A stretch of DNA of 64,000 nucleotides from a virus (Duplodnaviria > Heunggongvirae > Uroviricota > Caudoviricetes). Of this stretch, positions 1-9,321 are shown one piece after another (position 1 is the first letter of the stretch; each line of letters begins with the position of its first letter). Where the stretch lies: IMG/VR virus record IMGVR_UViG_3300032007_000002, one strand, 5' to 3'. Below the pieces are notes generated by a model, which did not search any database, was not told where the DNA came from, and was given only the letters and a program-made list of their open reading frames with translations. The position numbers and the translations under genes were made by a program.

Positions 1-636
1 TCCCAAATCCGAAATATCGTTGACGAGCTTGAACGCTCGGGTTCACTCCGAAAAATCGTAGGGGCGTCGCTGCTCGGCGCGGTCCTGCACAGGTTCGACA
101 CTGCGGTCAAGAAGATGAAGAACACGCTGCGCAGGTTCACTACGAGCGTGGCCAGTGTCCATACCGAGGAGAGTTGGATGCGCCCGAACCGCCGGTATGA
201 CGACGACATGCCCGGTTACAGGACGGTTTCCCGCCCGAGGGTCCTGCTTGCCGTGGACGTATCGGGGTCGATGGAGATCAATGTACAGAAGGTAATTGAC
301 ATCCTGCGCCAGGTGCTGCGGGTGTTCGACCTGGACGTGTGTTTTTGGAATGAGAATTGTACAGAACCCGTGCAGGGGAAGATTGGCCTTGTCCAGGTAC
401 CGTCACCGTTCGGCGGAACCCGACCGGAGTGCGTCATGGAACTGGTGCGCGGGGGTAGGACGAGGTATGACGGGTTTGTGTTTGTGACGGATTGCGACTT
501 CACATGGTTGGAGCGCCCGCCCGAGTGGAAGAAGATTGCGTTCATCCGCATGCCGAGCATAGACTTCGGTGACGCGCCGTGCAGTTTCCCCGATTGGAGC
601 ATTTTCCAGATAGATAGCGAGGAAATTGGTGTATGA
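1..636 (+). CDS. VWA-like domain protein (DUF2201-type C-terminus), 5'-truncated by window edge
   Basis: Frame open from base 1; MIDAS motif LAVDVSGSM, GGT, FVFVTD. Confidence 0.75.
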   Translation, partial: SQIRNIVDELERSGSLRKIVGASLLGAVLHRFDTAVKKMKNTLRRFTTSVASVHTEESWMRPNRRYDDDMPGYRTVSRPRVLLAVDVSGSMEINVQKVIDILRQVLRVFDLDVCFWNENCTEPVQGKIGLVQVPSPFGGTRPECVMELVRGGRTRYDGFVFVTDCDFTWLERPPEWKKIAFIRMPSIDFGDAPCSFPDWSIFQIDSEEIGV

Positions 637-656
637 CGTTGTATCACGCGTAAGAT

Positions 657-668
657 TTTTGTATATTT
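657..668 (+). promoter_or_regulatory. Variant early promoter motif TTTTGTATATTT
   Basis: Near-match to recurrent motif, upstream of AGGAG RBS and ATG 685. Confidence 0.55.
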
Positions 669-684
669 TAGACAGGAGTAAACC

Positions 685-1497
685 ATGGTCAGAACAGACG
701 ATACCAACATTTTGGTGCTTGGCGACATTCATTTGGGTGTTGACTACGAGGGGAAATATAACACGGAAGAGCAATTTGCCGCGGTTATCAACCGTGCGCA
801 CTCCGTATTGCCTTCCGGTTATGATGCGGTTGTGTTCAACGGGGATCTTGCGAGCGAGAACGCCCCGGTTGACGTTTATCACCGTATTCTGAAACAGGGA
901 AAGAAGTTGTGCAAGCCGGCAGGCCGTGTGCTGGTTACGCCGGGCAACCACGACAATCGCGAGGCCCTTTCCCAGGCCTATGCCGCAATCAACCCGGATG
1001 ATGGACTTGAGGCAATGAACTTGAAGGTTCCCGGCAAGCAGTTCACCAATATCCCTGTCGGAAGTCTTACGCTCGTCCTGCTGGACAGCGGTGACGGCAT
1101 GCCGGTGGAAGGTATTGTCCGATTGGGCAAGTTCGTGTTTGGAAAGGGCAGTTCGGTCAATCGTCATGACGTGGTGATGTTTACCCACCGCCCGTTCGAA
1201 TGCAAAGGCCATCTCTATCATCGTTTCATGAACGATAAGATGCTCCCTGCCGAAATGTGCGATTATGTGGATCAGTATATCGGGACTTATGTCGCATCCC
1301 ACCTGCACTGCGAATCCAGGTTCGAGACCCACGGGTTTGCCGCTATGGTAACTCCGGGCATCCAGTGCCAGATTGATCCGTTCAGGAAGGATTTCGACGG
1401 AATTGCGATGCCTGGGTTCACGGTGATGTCCGCATCCCGCCACTCCAATGCGACTATTGACTTTGATACATTCTATGTGGAGGACCCAAATGGGTAG
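685..1497 (+). CDS. Calcineurin-like metallophosphoesterase, CpdA/Icc-like
   Basis: Motifs GDIH, NGDL, PGNHD, H, SHLH. Confidence 0.8.
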   Translation: MVRTDDTNILVLGDIHLGVDYEGKYNTEEQFAAVINRAHSVLPSGYDAVVFNGDLASENAPVDVYHRILKQGKKLCKPAGRVLVTPGNHDNREALSQAYAAINPDDGLEAMNLKVPGKQFTNIPVGSLTLVLLDSGDGMPVEGIVRLGKFVFGKGSSVNRHDVVMFTHRPFECKGHLYHRFMNDKMLPAEMCDYVDQYIGTYVASHLHCESRFETHGFAAMVTPGIQCQIDPFRKDFDGIAMPGFTVMSASRHSNATIDFDTFYVEDPNG

Positions 1498-1975
1498 TTC
1501 GCTCGAAACCGAAAACAGTACGAAAGCTCATCCGCCGATTGACGCAGAAGTCAAGGCGTGTGTCCTTAAATATTTCCGCAAGGCCAAGGCCCGCGGCGAC
1601 GTGTTCAGCTGGAAGAAGCAACTTCCGTCCGAGTTCACGAAAAATCCGCTCCTTACCGATGCGGCAAACGTCCAGGCGAAGAAGGACTATTTGGAATGGA
1701 ACAAGGGTCTCAAGTACACGTTATTCTTGAACCAGACTTTGGCGAATAATGTTACAGATTCGACATGCGACGATGTGTATGCTTCCTTGACGTTGCAAGT
1801 CTTTTCCGACCGTGCGCCGGAACTGTTCGTGTTTATCCATACGAACCGCATCAAGGACTCCAAGCCGGATGCGTCGGGGCGCCCGGTATTCCATGGACGA
1901 GTTACCGAGTATTACTACTGCGACGGTTCCGACCTCTCGTGGTTTGATGAAATTTCACCTGCACCAAAGGATTGA
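1490..1975 (+). CDS. Hypothetical protein
   Basis: ORF coupled to neighbours, GGAGG RBS. Confidence 0.6.
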   Translation: MGSSLETENSTKAHPPIDAEVKACVLKYFRKAKARGDVFSWKKQLPSEFTKNPLLTDAANVQAKKDYLEWNKGLKYTLFLNQTLANNVTDSTCDDVYASLTLQVFSDRAPELFVFIHTNRIKDSKPDASGRPVFHGRVTEYYYCDGSDLSWFDEISPAPKD

Positions 1976-2940
1976 TGATGGCAAAGACAACCAAGAACGA
2001 CAAGCTCACGGAAATGCTTGCGAAGGAGAAGATCGAGTGCTATGCCGACGGCATCGGCAACTTCGGCTACACCTTCAACGGCTATTCCCTCGGCGGCTAC
2101 ACCGACGGCGACCCCGCGGTTTCCGTTTACTTCAAGTGGATGCTCAACGGCAAGCTCGGCGGCAAGAAGGACAAATACTGCTCCGACGATACTCTCGTCG
2201 GCTCGGAAGCGAAGTCCTATCCGCACGAAGAGTGGGATCGCATGCGCATGACGACGCCGAAAGCAATCGCGGCAATCATTATCGAAGCGAAGCAGGCCTT
2301 GCTGAAGGAATACCCGCTCGCCAAGAAGTTGAAGCAGTCCCCGACCAGCGGCCCCATCCGCAAGAACCTCCTCGTGGTGTTCGAGGGAGTGGACAACTCC
2401 GGGAAAACCACGATTTCCAAGCGTCTCCGCGCGAAGATGCCGTGGTTCCACTGGTCCAAGGAGCCGCGTTTCAGCACGAAGTATGCCGACTACCTCAATT
2501 CCGATGCCTTCAAGGGGAAGGATGCCGCCCGCGAAGTCAAGTATCTCCGCGGCCGTCTCGAACAGCAGGATTTCTACAACTCCTGCCCGGTGATGCTCGA
2601 CCGTTATCTCTGGACGGGCCTCGCCTACGCCAAGACGTTCTCCCCGAGCATCTTCAACTTTTGCGAAGCGCTCTATACGGAGTTTGAAATCTTCAAGAAG
2701 CCGGACATCATCTTCTACATGCGCACCCCGCTGGCCACTTGCTATGACCGCGAGCCCGCGTTGAAGAAGACCCCGGGCCGTCTCGAACGCATCGAGAAGG
2801 CATACGACGATACCAAGGCCCTCCTTGCCGACAAGGTCCCGATTGTCGAGGTCGATGGCCGCATGTCCATCAAGGAATGCGTGGATTTCTGCTACAACGA
2901 AATCGTGAAGCGGTTCCCGGACCAGACGGTCGTCAAGTAA
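1975..2940 (+). CDS. tmk: Thymidylate (dTMP) kinase with ~125 aa N-terminal extension
   Basis: FEGVDNSGKTT P-loop, KEP, DRY, KPD motifs in C-terminal 190 aa. Confidence 0.75.
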   Translation: MMAKTTKNDKLTEMLAKEKIECYADGIGNFGYTFNGYSLGGYTDGDPAVSVYFKWMLNGKLGGKKDKYCSDDTLVGSEAKSYPHEEWDRMRMTTPKAIAAIIIEAKQALLKEYPLAKKLKQSPTSGPIRKNLLVVFEGVDNSGKTTISKRLRAKMPWFHWSKEPRFSTKYADYLNSDAFKGKDAAREVKYLRGRLEQQDFYNSCPVMLDRYLWTGLAYAKTFSPSIFNFCEALYTEFEIFKKPDIIFYMRTPLATCYDREPALKKTPGRLERIEKAYDDTKALLADKVPIVEVDGRMSIKECVDFCYNEIVKRFPDQTVVK

Positions 2941-3044
2941 GTCTGTAGCCATAAGAAATCCGTTGTGTGCACAACCTGTTGATACGTGAAAAATACACAA
3001 TATTTTGTGTTTTTCAGCAAAAATGGGTTGCCACATGACGGGTT

Positions 3045-3056
3045 TTTGCTATATTT
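3045..3056 (+). promoter_or_regulatory. Early promoter motif TTTGCTATATTT
   Basis: Exact copy upstream of sigma gene. Confidence 0.75.
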
Positions 3057-3088
3057 CAGTAAGGAAAATGTAATACAGCACACTACGT

Positions 3089-3883
3089 ATGCAACCGATT
3101 AAAGAAACCCCAGCAGTTGCAATGTACATTAAGGCCATTGCGAAGACAACGCCACTGACGAGGGACGAGGAGGTCGTCCTCACTACCTTGGCCAGGAGGG
3201 GCAACCGCGCGGCCAGGAAGCGCGTCATGGAGGCAAACATGAGGTTCGTCCTGGGTGTCGCGCTGACATACAAGACTTCCCCGCTCGGTGTCGGCGACAT
3301 GGTGAACGAGGGAATGATGGGACTGTCCCGGGCAATCGACAAGTTCGACCCGAAGACCGGCATGAAGTTCATCAGTTACGCTGTGTGGTGGATCCGTTCA
3401 TACATCGGCAAGGCGATTAACGAGTACGGGTATTCCGCAATCCGCCTTCCCGCGAACAAGTACAAGAAGCTGTTTACGTCGATGACCACCGGGGACACGT
3501 CCAAGCTGAACAAGCAGGAAATCGAGATGCTTCCCCTGATGTATCGCCCGTCGAACCTGGACATGCCGGTCGATGGCGATTCCGATACCAACCTTAGTGA
3601 AATGATTGGGGACCCGAACTCCCTCAGCGCAGTTGACAGCCTTGACGCTGCCGAACGCGACACGCTCGTGAAGGAACTGCTCGCCGAAATGCCGGAACCT
3701 GCCCGGAAGGCGGTTGAACAGCATTTCTTCGAGAACTGTTCGTCGGATGAACTCCAGATGGACTTGAAGCTGAGCCGCGAGCGCATTCGCCAGATCAAGA
3801 ACCGTGCGATTGACAGGCTCCGCAATTCCCGGACCCAGCATGACAGCCGGGTGGGGGAACTACTTCGCGAGCTCGCCACTTAG
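3089..3883 (+). CDS. Phage-encoded sigma70-family factor (RpoD/RpoS-like, no region 1.1)
   Basis: Region 1.2 YIKAI..PLTRDEE, region 2 ANMRFV..AIDKFDP..KFISYAVWWIR, region 4 SRERIRQI. Confidence 0.9.
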   Translation: MQPIKETPAVAMYIKAIAKTTPLTRDEEVVLTTLARRGNRAARKRVMEANMRFVLGVALTYKTSPLGVGDMVNEGMMGLSRAIDKFDPKTGMKFISYAVWWIRSYIGKAINEYGYSAIRLPANKYKKLFTSMTTGDTSKLNKQEIEMLPLMYRPSNLDMPVDGDSDTNLSEMIGDPNSLSAVDSLDAAERDTLVKELLAEMPEPARKAVEQHFFENCSSDELQMDLKLSRERIRQIKNRAIDRLRNSRTQHDSRVGELLRELAT

Positions 3884-5566
3884 CTGTTTCTGTGTCGGTA
3901 TTACTACCTTGGACAGTGCTGATGTCATGGAACTTGATTCCAGTCGGGCGAGAGCTTTTTGCTCCGCCTTTACTGCATCGTCTCCCATTGCCGCGATGGT
4001 GCGGTTTGCTTCCAGGGCGATGCCGTTGGAGAATTCCAGTTCGAGGCCGTTGAGGAAGCCGAGCGGCTTGACTTCGCCATAGAACATGTCGTTGTTGACA
4101 TAGTACAGGCACCAGCAGGTGGCCATGACGTGGTCGTCGTTCGTGCCCGCGCTGGAACCCCAGGTGTTCTGGGTAAGGCGGGTAAATGTCATGAACTCGT
4201 CGATTGTCTGCTTGTCGTGGAGTTTCAGGTAGCCTCGTTCCACATACAGTTTCGCGAGCATGACCGCCTGCTGCTTGATCTGGTTGTTCACCCACAGGCC
4301 GCGGAGTTCGTCGTCGTAGTTCTGTATATTGTCGTAGCCGATAGGCTCGTTGAAGAGCACGCCGTATGCGCGGGAGCCCGGGCCGTTGTATTCGAAGGTC
4401 AGCGGCGGGTTTCCGTAGACGGACAGGAGTTCGGCCGCGCATTTGCAGAAGTCTTCGATGGTGACCTTGTTGCTGGACAGAACGGCGACCTGTTCCAGCT
4501 CGATGTTGGACTTCGCGAGCATGATTTGGAGGACGTGGTTGTCCTTGCGCATACCGTAGGACGGGTCGAGCGCGGCGACATAGACCCAGCCGCGGCGTTC
4601 GATTTCTGCCGGGTGTATCGGTTCCATGTATATGCGGAGGTCGTTCTGCTCGAAGCCGGAAGGCAACGAGACGTATGGCAGCTGAAGCGGCTCGTCCGGG
4701 TTCAGCTTTTGCAGTATCTTGAAGTCGATAAGCGTGATGGCGGAGCCGATGAACTCGCACTCGTATTCCTGCCTGAAACGCATTTCGCCGATACGTTCCA
4801 GTTCGTGCTGGCCCCATTCGGGAGTTCGGCCCGGAACCTCGTGCCAGAGCACCACCGATCGGACATACTTGTTTTCGAGGTCTTCGCGCGATGCCGTCTT
4901 CTCGTCCACTGCCTGCTGCCACATCTCGTAGAAGAAGTTCATGCCCGCGGGCGTGGACGTTATGATGATGCGGCTGGTCTTACCTGACGTGATTGTCGGC
5001 ATCACCGATGCGCAGAACTCGCTCGCCATCTTGGGACGGAGGAACGCAAATTCGTCGAGGTAGAGGAGGTTGAGGGAATAACCACGGACACCGTCCGGGG
5101 TCGTTGCCGCGATGAGGACGCGGGTCTTGGTGGTGAACTCCACCGACAGCTTGTTCCAGAGCGTCACACCGGGCTGCATCCAAAACGGGAGGGCCAGGTA
5201 GGTTTCACGGAACTGCTGGAGCTGTTCCTTCGCGAGGGACAGCTTGTTGCCGAGCATCATGATGGTCTTGCGCCGCTTGAACACGGCGAACCAGAGGATG
5301 AACGCGCGGACGACGGTGGACTTACCCACCTGGCGGGACCACTTGTTGATATTGAAGCGGTATTTGAGGAAACGGAGGATTGCCTCTTTCTGGTATGGAT
5401 AGAGCTTCATCAGCTGGAAGCCGTTGTCCAGGGTGTTGATGTAAACGTAGTGCTCGATGAAGTATATCGGGTCGTTGACACACTTCTTGATTTCGTCGAG
5501 CATCCACAGTTTCATCTCGACTTTGTCGCGCGAATCGCGCAGGTTGTCTATACCGTTGAAAGGCAT
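3860..5566 (-). CDS. terL: Terminase large subunit, T4 gp17-like
   Basis: LYPYQ, SRQVGKST Walker A, LYLDEFAF Walker B, ITSTP, FRQEYECEF, nuclease DPSYG and NDDHVMA. Confidence 0.92.
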   Translation of the reverse strand: MPFNGIDNLRDSRDKVEMKLWMLDEIKKCVNDPIYFIEHYVYINTLDNGFQLMKLYPYQKEAILRFLKYRFNINKWSRQVGKSTVVRAFILWFAVFKRRKTIMMLGNKLSLAKEQLQQFRETYLALPFWMQPGVTLWNKLSVEFTTKTRVLIAATTPDGVRGYSLNLLYLDEFAFLRPKMASEFCASVMPTITSGKTSRIIITSTPAGMNFFYEMWQQAVDEKTASREDLENKYVRSVVLWHEVPGRTPEWGQHELERIGEMRFRQEYECEFIGSAITLIDFKILQKLNPDEPLQLPYVSLPSGFEQNDLRIYMEPIHPAEIERRGWVYVAALDPSYGMRKDNHVLQIMLAKSNIELEQVAVLSSNKVTIEDFCKCAAELLSVYGNPPLTFEYNGPGSRAYGVLFNEPIGYDNIQNYDDELRGLWVNNQIKQQAVMLAKLYVERGYLKLHDKQTIDEFMTFTRLTQNTWGSSAGTNDDHVMATCWCLYYVNNDMFYGEVKPLGFLNGLELEFSNGIALEANRTIAAMGDDAVKAEQKALARLESSSMTSALSKVVIPTQKQLSGELAK

Positions 5567-5582
5567 CCTTTTCTAGTGTCTC

Positions 5583-6191
5583 CTAGATTGGCATGGTCCG
5601 GCACAGCTCCTTGTTGCCGGGCGTCCACACGAACCATGCGTGGCACATTGTAGTGGCCCATCGCTTGCCGTTCTCGTCGGTGGGCTGGCCGTTGTTCCAT
5701 GTCGGCATGCGCTTCGAGAACGGGAAGCAGTATGCCGGCGGGTATTTAATCAAGTCGTCCTTGCGTTTCTCCCCTTCCCAGTATTGCACTTTGAGGAACA
5801 TGGCGAGGATGCCGGTGTCCGACAGTAGGGAGCGGCATTTCTGCACGAACTCCAGCGCCATCGAGTAGGGAGGGTTGCTGACGATGAGGTCGAATTTCTT
5901 GCCCGACAGGTCGGCGGACAGGAAGTCGTGGACGATGGTTCCCGGATAGCCGCGGTCCACTATGTCCATGCAGGTAGTTTCCGTCACTCCCGGGAAGAGG
6001 TTGAGCGTCCGTCCGGCGATATTGCCGTTACCGACGCAGGGTTCGAGGAATGACTTTGGCGCTTCCGGGCAGGCGCCTACCGTTTTCAGCGCATCGAACA
6101 GCTTGGTCACCGCTTCCGGGTCGGTTGCATAGAAGTCGTTGTCGACACGTCCGTTTTCCGGGTTCCCCCCGGCCAGTTTTCCACCTTGCAT
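5583..6191 (-). CDS. Orphan amino-DNA methyltransferase (NPPY type)
   Basis: DFYATD, EPCVGNG SAM-binding motif, SNPPY catalytic motif. Confidence 0.8.
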   Translation of the reverse strand: MQGGKLAGGNPENGRVDNDFYATDPEAVTKLFDALKTVGACPEAPKSFLEPCVGNGNIAGRTLNLFPGVTETTCMDIVDRGYPGTIVHDFLSADLSGKKFDLIVSNPPYSMALEFVQKCRSLLSDTGILAMFLKVQYWEGEKRKDDLIKYPPAYCFPFSKRMPTWNNGQPTDENGKRWATTMCHAWFVWTPGNKELCRTMPI

Positions 6192-6193
6192 AG

Positions 6194-6427
6194 TTATCCT
6201 TGGATGATGTATTTTACGGCTGCGCACAGGAAGGTTGCCAGCACCGCCAGCGCAGGCATGCCGAGGGCGGTGTACCAGAAGGCGCGGCGGAAGGACCAGG
6301 TTTCCGTTTCGAGGTGATATATCTTGATAGTGCTCATGGCTATCATGAATTCGAGACGAACGAAAATCCCCGCAAGTTGCAGGGCGTTGACATAAGGCTG
6401 GTTGTATTTAGGCAGATCTGCTATCAT
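6194..6427 (-). CDS. Small putative membrane protein
   Basis: 77 aa with two hydrophobic segments, in operon. Confidence 0.55.
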   Translation of the reverse strand: MIADLPKYNQPYVNALQLAGIFVRLEFMIAMSTIKIYHLETETWSFRRAFWYTALGMPALAVLATFLCAAVKYIIQG

Positions 6428-6453
6428 GGGAGTCCCTTGGTTATGGGCTGAAA

Positions 6454-6918
6454 CTAGGTTTTGGGGCGGGGTTTCCTTTCCTCGTGCAGGATGTCAAGCA
6501 GTTCCTGCGGGACCCATTTATCAACCAGTTCCTTCACTTCGGGGCTGGCTTCCATGTAGCCGTAAGGTGCATACATCCTGAACTCGAACGAGGATGCGAT
6601 GTCGTCAATGACGGTCTGGCGCTTCTCGGGAGGGAGGATGTAGCGTTCGGGTTCGCCGGTCGGCGAGTAGATTGGATCCATGAAGCCGTCCCGGAACAGG
6701 GAGACAAGCTGCAACAGCCACTTGCCGTCCTTGCCCTCGGGGCGTTCATCATAGAAGTCCCATACCAGTTCGGTGTGGGCGATTGGGTCGTATTCCAGGG
6801 ATACGTGCGGCCCCTCGAACAGGGCATTCCCGAAGCAGGCTGCCGCGCACTCGCACAGCGCCTTGCGGGTCGTCTCGCTGAGGCGGGCTGACTTGACGTA
6901 TTCCTGGAACTTGCTCAT
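6454..6918 (-). CDS. Hypothetical late protein
   Basis: ORF translationally coupled to upstream gene. Confidence 0.65.
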   Translation of the reverse strand: MSKFQEYVKSARLSETTRKALCECAAACFGNALFEGPHVSLEYDPIAHTELVWDFYDERPEGKDGKWLLQLVSLFRDGFMDPIYSPTGEPERYILPPEKRQTVIDDIASSFEFRMYAPYGYMEASPEVKELVDKWVPQELLDILHEERKPRPKT

Positions 6919-8330
6919 TAGAAGCCGCCCATGAAGCTGCCGGAGCCGCTCAGGCCGGTCCCGATGCCGCGGTTGGCTTTCCAGAGGTCGTTGGACTTGA
7001 TCTTGCCGACGTCGCGACCGGTCTTGTTGCCTTCCTTGTCAGTCGTGTCCATCGTGGAGACGCGGACGTTGTTCGCGTAGTCGCGGAGCTGCGGGGCAAG
7101 ACGCTTGGCGATGAACTCGGTGAACTTGTTCGGGCGGACGAACCACTTGGTGATGTCGCCTTCGCTAACCTTGTCGAGCTCCCCGAGCGGGATGTCGTTG
7201 ATCTTGTCGGCAGCGATCTTTGCGAGCGAGGTCATGAGGGCGTCGCCCTGACGGGGCGGATAGCCGGCGAGGACGGCGAGGGTGTTGAACGAGCCGCTTT
7301 CCGGCTTGCCGATTGCACGGAGAATCCACTGGTAGTTCACAGCGTATTCACCGCCCTTGTACTTGCCGAGGGTGTTGCTGTTGTCAACTTCGAAGTTGCG
7401 GACGTAGACCTTGGTGGACTGGGCATAGGGGCCGAGTGCAGCCTTGACCGCTTCCGCAATCTTCGGGAGGATTTCCTTGTCGTCGGTGTCGATTGGCTGG
7501 ATTTCGTAAACGCAGCCGTTCGGCTTGATGTCGCCTTCGAAGGTGAACGAGACGTTTTCGTCGAACTCTTCGCCTGTGGCGTCCTTGATTGCACCCTGGA
7601 TGCGGCTGGTGACAATCATCGCGTGGTGCTGGTCACCGGTGTAGGCGATGATGATGCCGGGGTAGTTGTTGGCGTTGAGGGTGTTGTAGTAATAGTCGTA
7701 GGTGTCCTTGACGGTATCGCCCGTGACGCCCGACGTGTTGTCTTGCACGGGTTCCTGGATGGCCTTCTTGACCGGACGACCGGACGAGGCTTCCTTCTTC
7801 GGGGCCGGCTTCGGAGCCGGGGCTGCCGGGGCAGGCATCATCGTGTCGGCGTAGGTCTTGAGGTGGGCGAGCGCGTCGTTGAACCCTTCGAGGATGCCGT
7901 GGACAGGGGCGATTACGTCACTGCCTGCGCCATAACGGGCGTTGTCCGGGTCGTAGATGCCGCCACGGATTTCTTCCAGCTTCGCGATGTGGCGGTGGAG
8001 GTCGCGCGGATCGACGTCGCCCTTGCCGACGAGGTCGTTGAGGAGGCCAATCGTGTTGCCGATGTCTTCCTTGGCGAGGGAGAACTTCTGCTTGCCGAAC
8101 TTGTTGTCGAGACGGTTGAACGCCTTGAAGAACGCTTCGGAAAGGTTGTCAACGTAGTTGGTGAGGGTGTCCGCGTCCGGGTTTCCGGCAGCGACGTCTT
8201 CCTGGATGGCTTCCTTGACGTCGGCTTCCACCATGACGTATGCGCCGTGGATGTTCTTCGCTTCCGCCGGGTTGATGGCTTCAAGCATTGCTGTGTAGCT
8301 CTTGAAGTCGGAAAGTGCTGGAATGAGCAT
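6918..8330 (-). CDS. Hypothetical late protein (possible virion/internal head protein)
   Basis: Long ORF, AGGT RBS, Pro/Ala linker, late-motif variant upstream. Confidence 0.7.
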   Translation of the reverse strand: MLIPALSDFKSYTAMLEAINPAEAKNIHGAYVMVEADVKEAIQEDVAAGNPDADTLTNYVDNLSEAFFKAFNRLDNKFGKQKFSLAKEDIGNTIGLLNDLVGKGDVDPRDLHRHIAKLEEIRGGIYDPDNARYGAGSDVIAPVHGILEGFNDALAHLKTYADTMMPAPAAPAPKPAPKKEASSGRPVKKAIQEPVQDNTSGVTGDTVKDTYDYYYNTLNANNYPGIIIAYTGDQHHAMIVTSRIQGAIKDATGEEFDENVSFTFEGDIKPNGCVYEIQPIDTDDKEILPKIAEAVKAALGPYAQSTKVYVRNFEVDNSNTLGKYKGGEYAVNYQWILRAIGKPESGSFNTLAVLAGYPPRQGDALMTSLAKIAADKINDIPLGELDKVSEGDITKWFVRPNKFTEFIAKRLAPQLRDYANNVRVSTMDTTDKEGNKTGRDVGKIKSNDLWKANRGIGTGLSGSGSFMGGF

Positions 8331-8364
8331 AGGTTTACCTGTTTTGGCTGGTGTTTTGTTCCAT

Positions 8365-8372
8365 AGTTTAGA
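8365..8372 (-). promoter_or_regulatory. Late promoter variant TCTAAACT
   Basis: GTTCTAAACT on minus strand heading the operon that ends in terminase. Confidence 0.45.
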
Positions 8373-8387
8373 ACTTCTGGCCCGCAT

Positions 8388-8399
8388 TTTGCTATATTT
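8388..8399 (+). promoter_or_regulatory. Early promoter motif TTTGCTATATTT
   Basis: Exact copy. Confidence 0.75.
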
Positions 8400-8474
8400 C
8401 AGAGTGGCCGGACGTGCCCCCGGGGGTCGGGGGCCTCCGTCCGGTGGGAAATATCCAAGAAAAGGTAACATATC

Positions 8475-9077
8475 ATGCCTCTAAATATAAGACAGAAACC
8501 AGAGATTGCACGACAGAGCACGCCTATGTTAAAGTTGAAGGCGGGCGATTATTCCGGCAACATTGCAGCTATCCTCAAGACCAAGAATGGCCCTGAAGGA
8601 ACCATTAAGATTTTGCTCCAACTTGTGTCCCCGATCGGGGTATGCTATGTAACCACGCCACCGTTCCAGTTATCCTTGGACGAGCGTGGTTTCTTCTTTA
8701 ATTTCTTGCGCGGATATGCCGGCGTCGCCGACTCGGATGGCCTCGTTGGCTGGATGGAGACGTTCCGCTACCCGGACGGCACCAAGATGGTCGATTCCAA
8801 CGGGAACTTTGACGAACGCTCGCTGATTGGCCTCCCGGTCTATGCCACTGTGGATGTCCACAACATTTCCCCGAAAATGGGGTCGAAGTTCCGAACCCAG
8901 CAGGTCACGGCAATCCGTTCCGCACCGAACTCGTTTAAGCTGGACCCGCAGTGGCTCATCCCGAGCTCGTTCGGCGAACCGAAATACGACATCGCGTTTG
9001 CGCGGGAACTGGAACAGGACGAACCGCTCCCGTATGACAGCAATGACCAGGATGGTTTCGATGGCAGTGATTGCTGA
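8475..9077 (+). CDS. Hypothetical protein with acidic C-terminal tail (possible SSB-like)
   Basis: Beta-rich, acidic tail, co-transcribed with ligase; function is inference. Confidence 0.6.
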   Translation: MPLNIRQKPEIARQSTPMLKLKAGDYSGNIAAILKTKNGPEGTIKILLQLVSPIGVCYVTTPPFQLSLDERGFFFNFLRGYAGVADSDGLVGWMETFRYPDGTKMVDSNGNFDERSLIGLPVYATVDVHNISPKMGSKFRTQQVTAIRSAPNSFKLDPQWLIPSSFGEPKYDIAFARELEQDEPLPYDSNDQDGFDGSDC

Positions 9078-9321
9078 ACAGGGCCTTGCGCAGAAGCTGC
9101 TGCGCCTCGCGATGGATGCCGTGTATCACGACAGCCTGACGAGCATGCAGAAGGGGGAGAGCACTGACGAAAACGTCCAGTCGGTCAAGTCCCGCCTGTG
9201 CGATTTTGTCGATGCGGTAAAGGAAGACATGCTGTCCGGTGAACTGGACCCGTTTACCACGGATCCTACCAAATGGCTACTGAAAAAAGGTTTCATTAAG
9301 GAAACGAAAGATGGACTATAA
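9061..9321 (+). CDS. Hypothetical protein
   Basis: Fills the gap between flanking genes; start uncertain. Confidence 0.5.
   Translation: MAVIAEQGLAQKLLRLAMDAVYHDSLTSMQKGESTDENVQSVKSRLCDFVDAVKEDMLSGELDPFTTDPTKWLLKKGFIKETKDGL

Noticed and set aside
5583-6191. Restriction-modification system
   Set aside because: No adjacent cognate endonuclease; an orphan phage methyltransferase is the simpler reading
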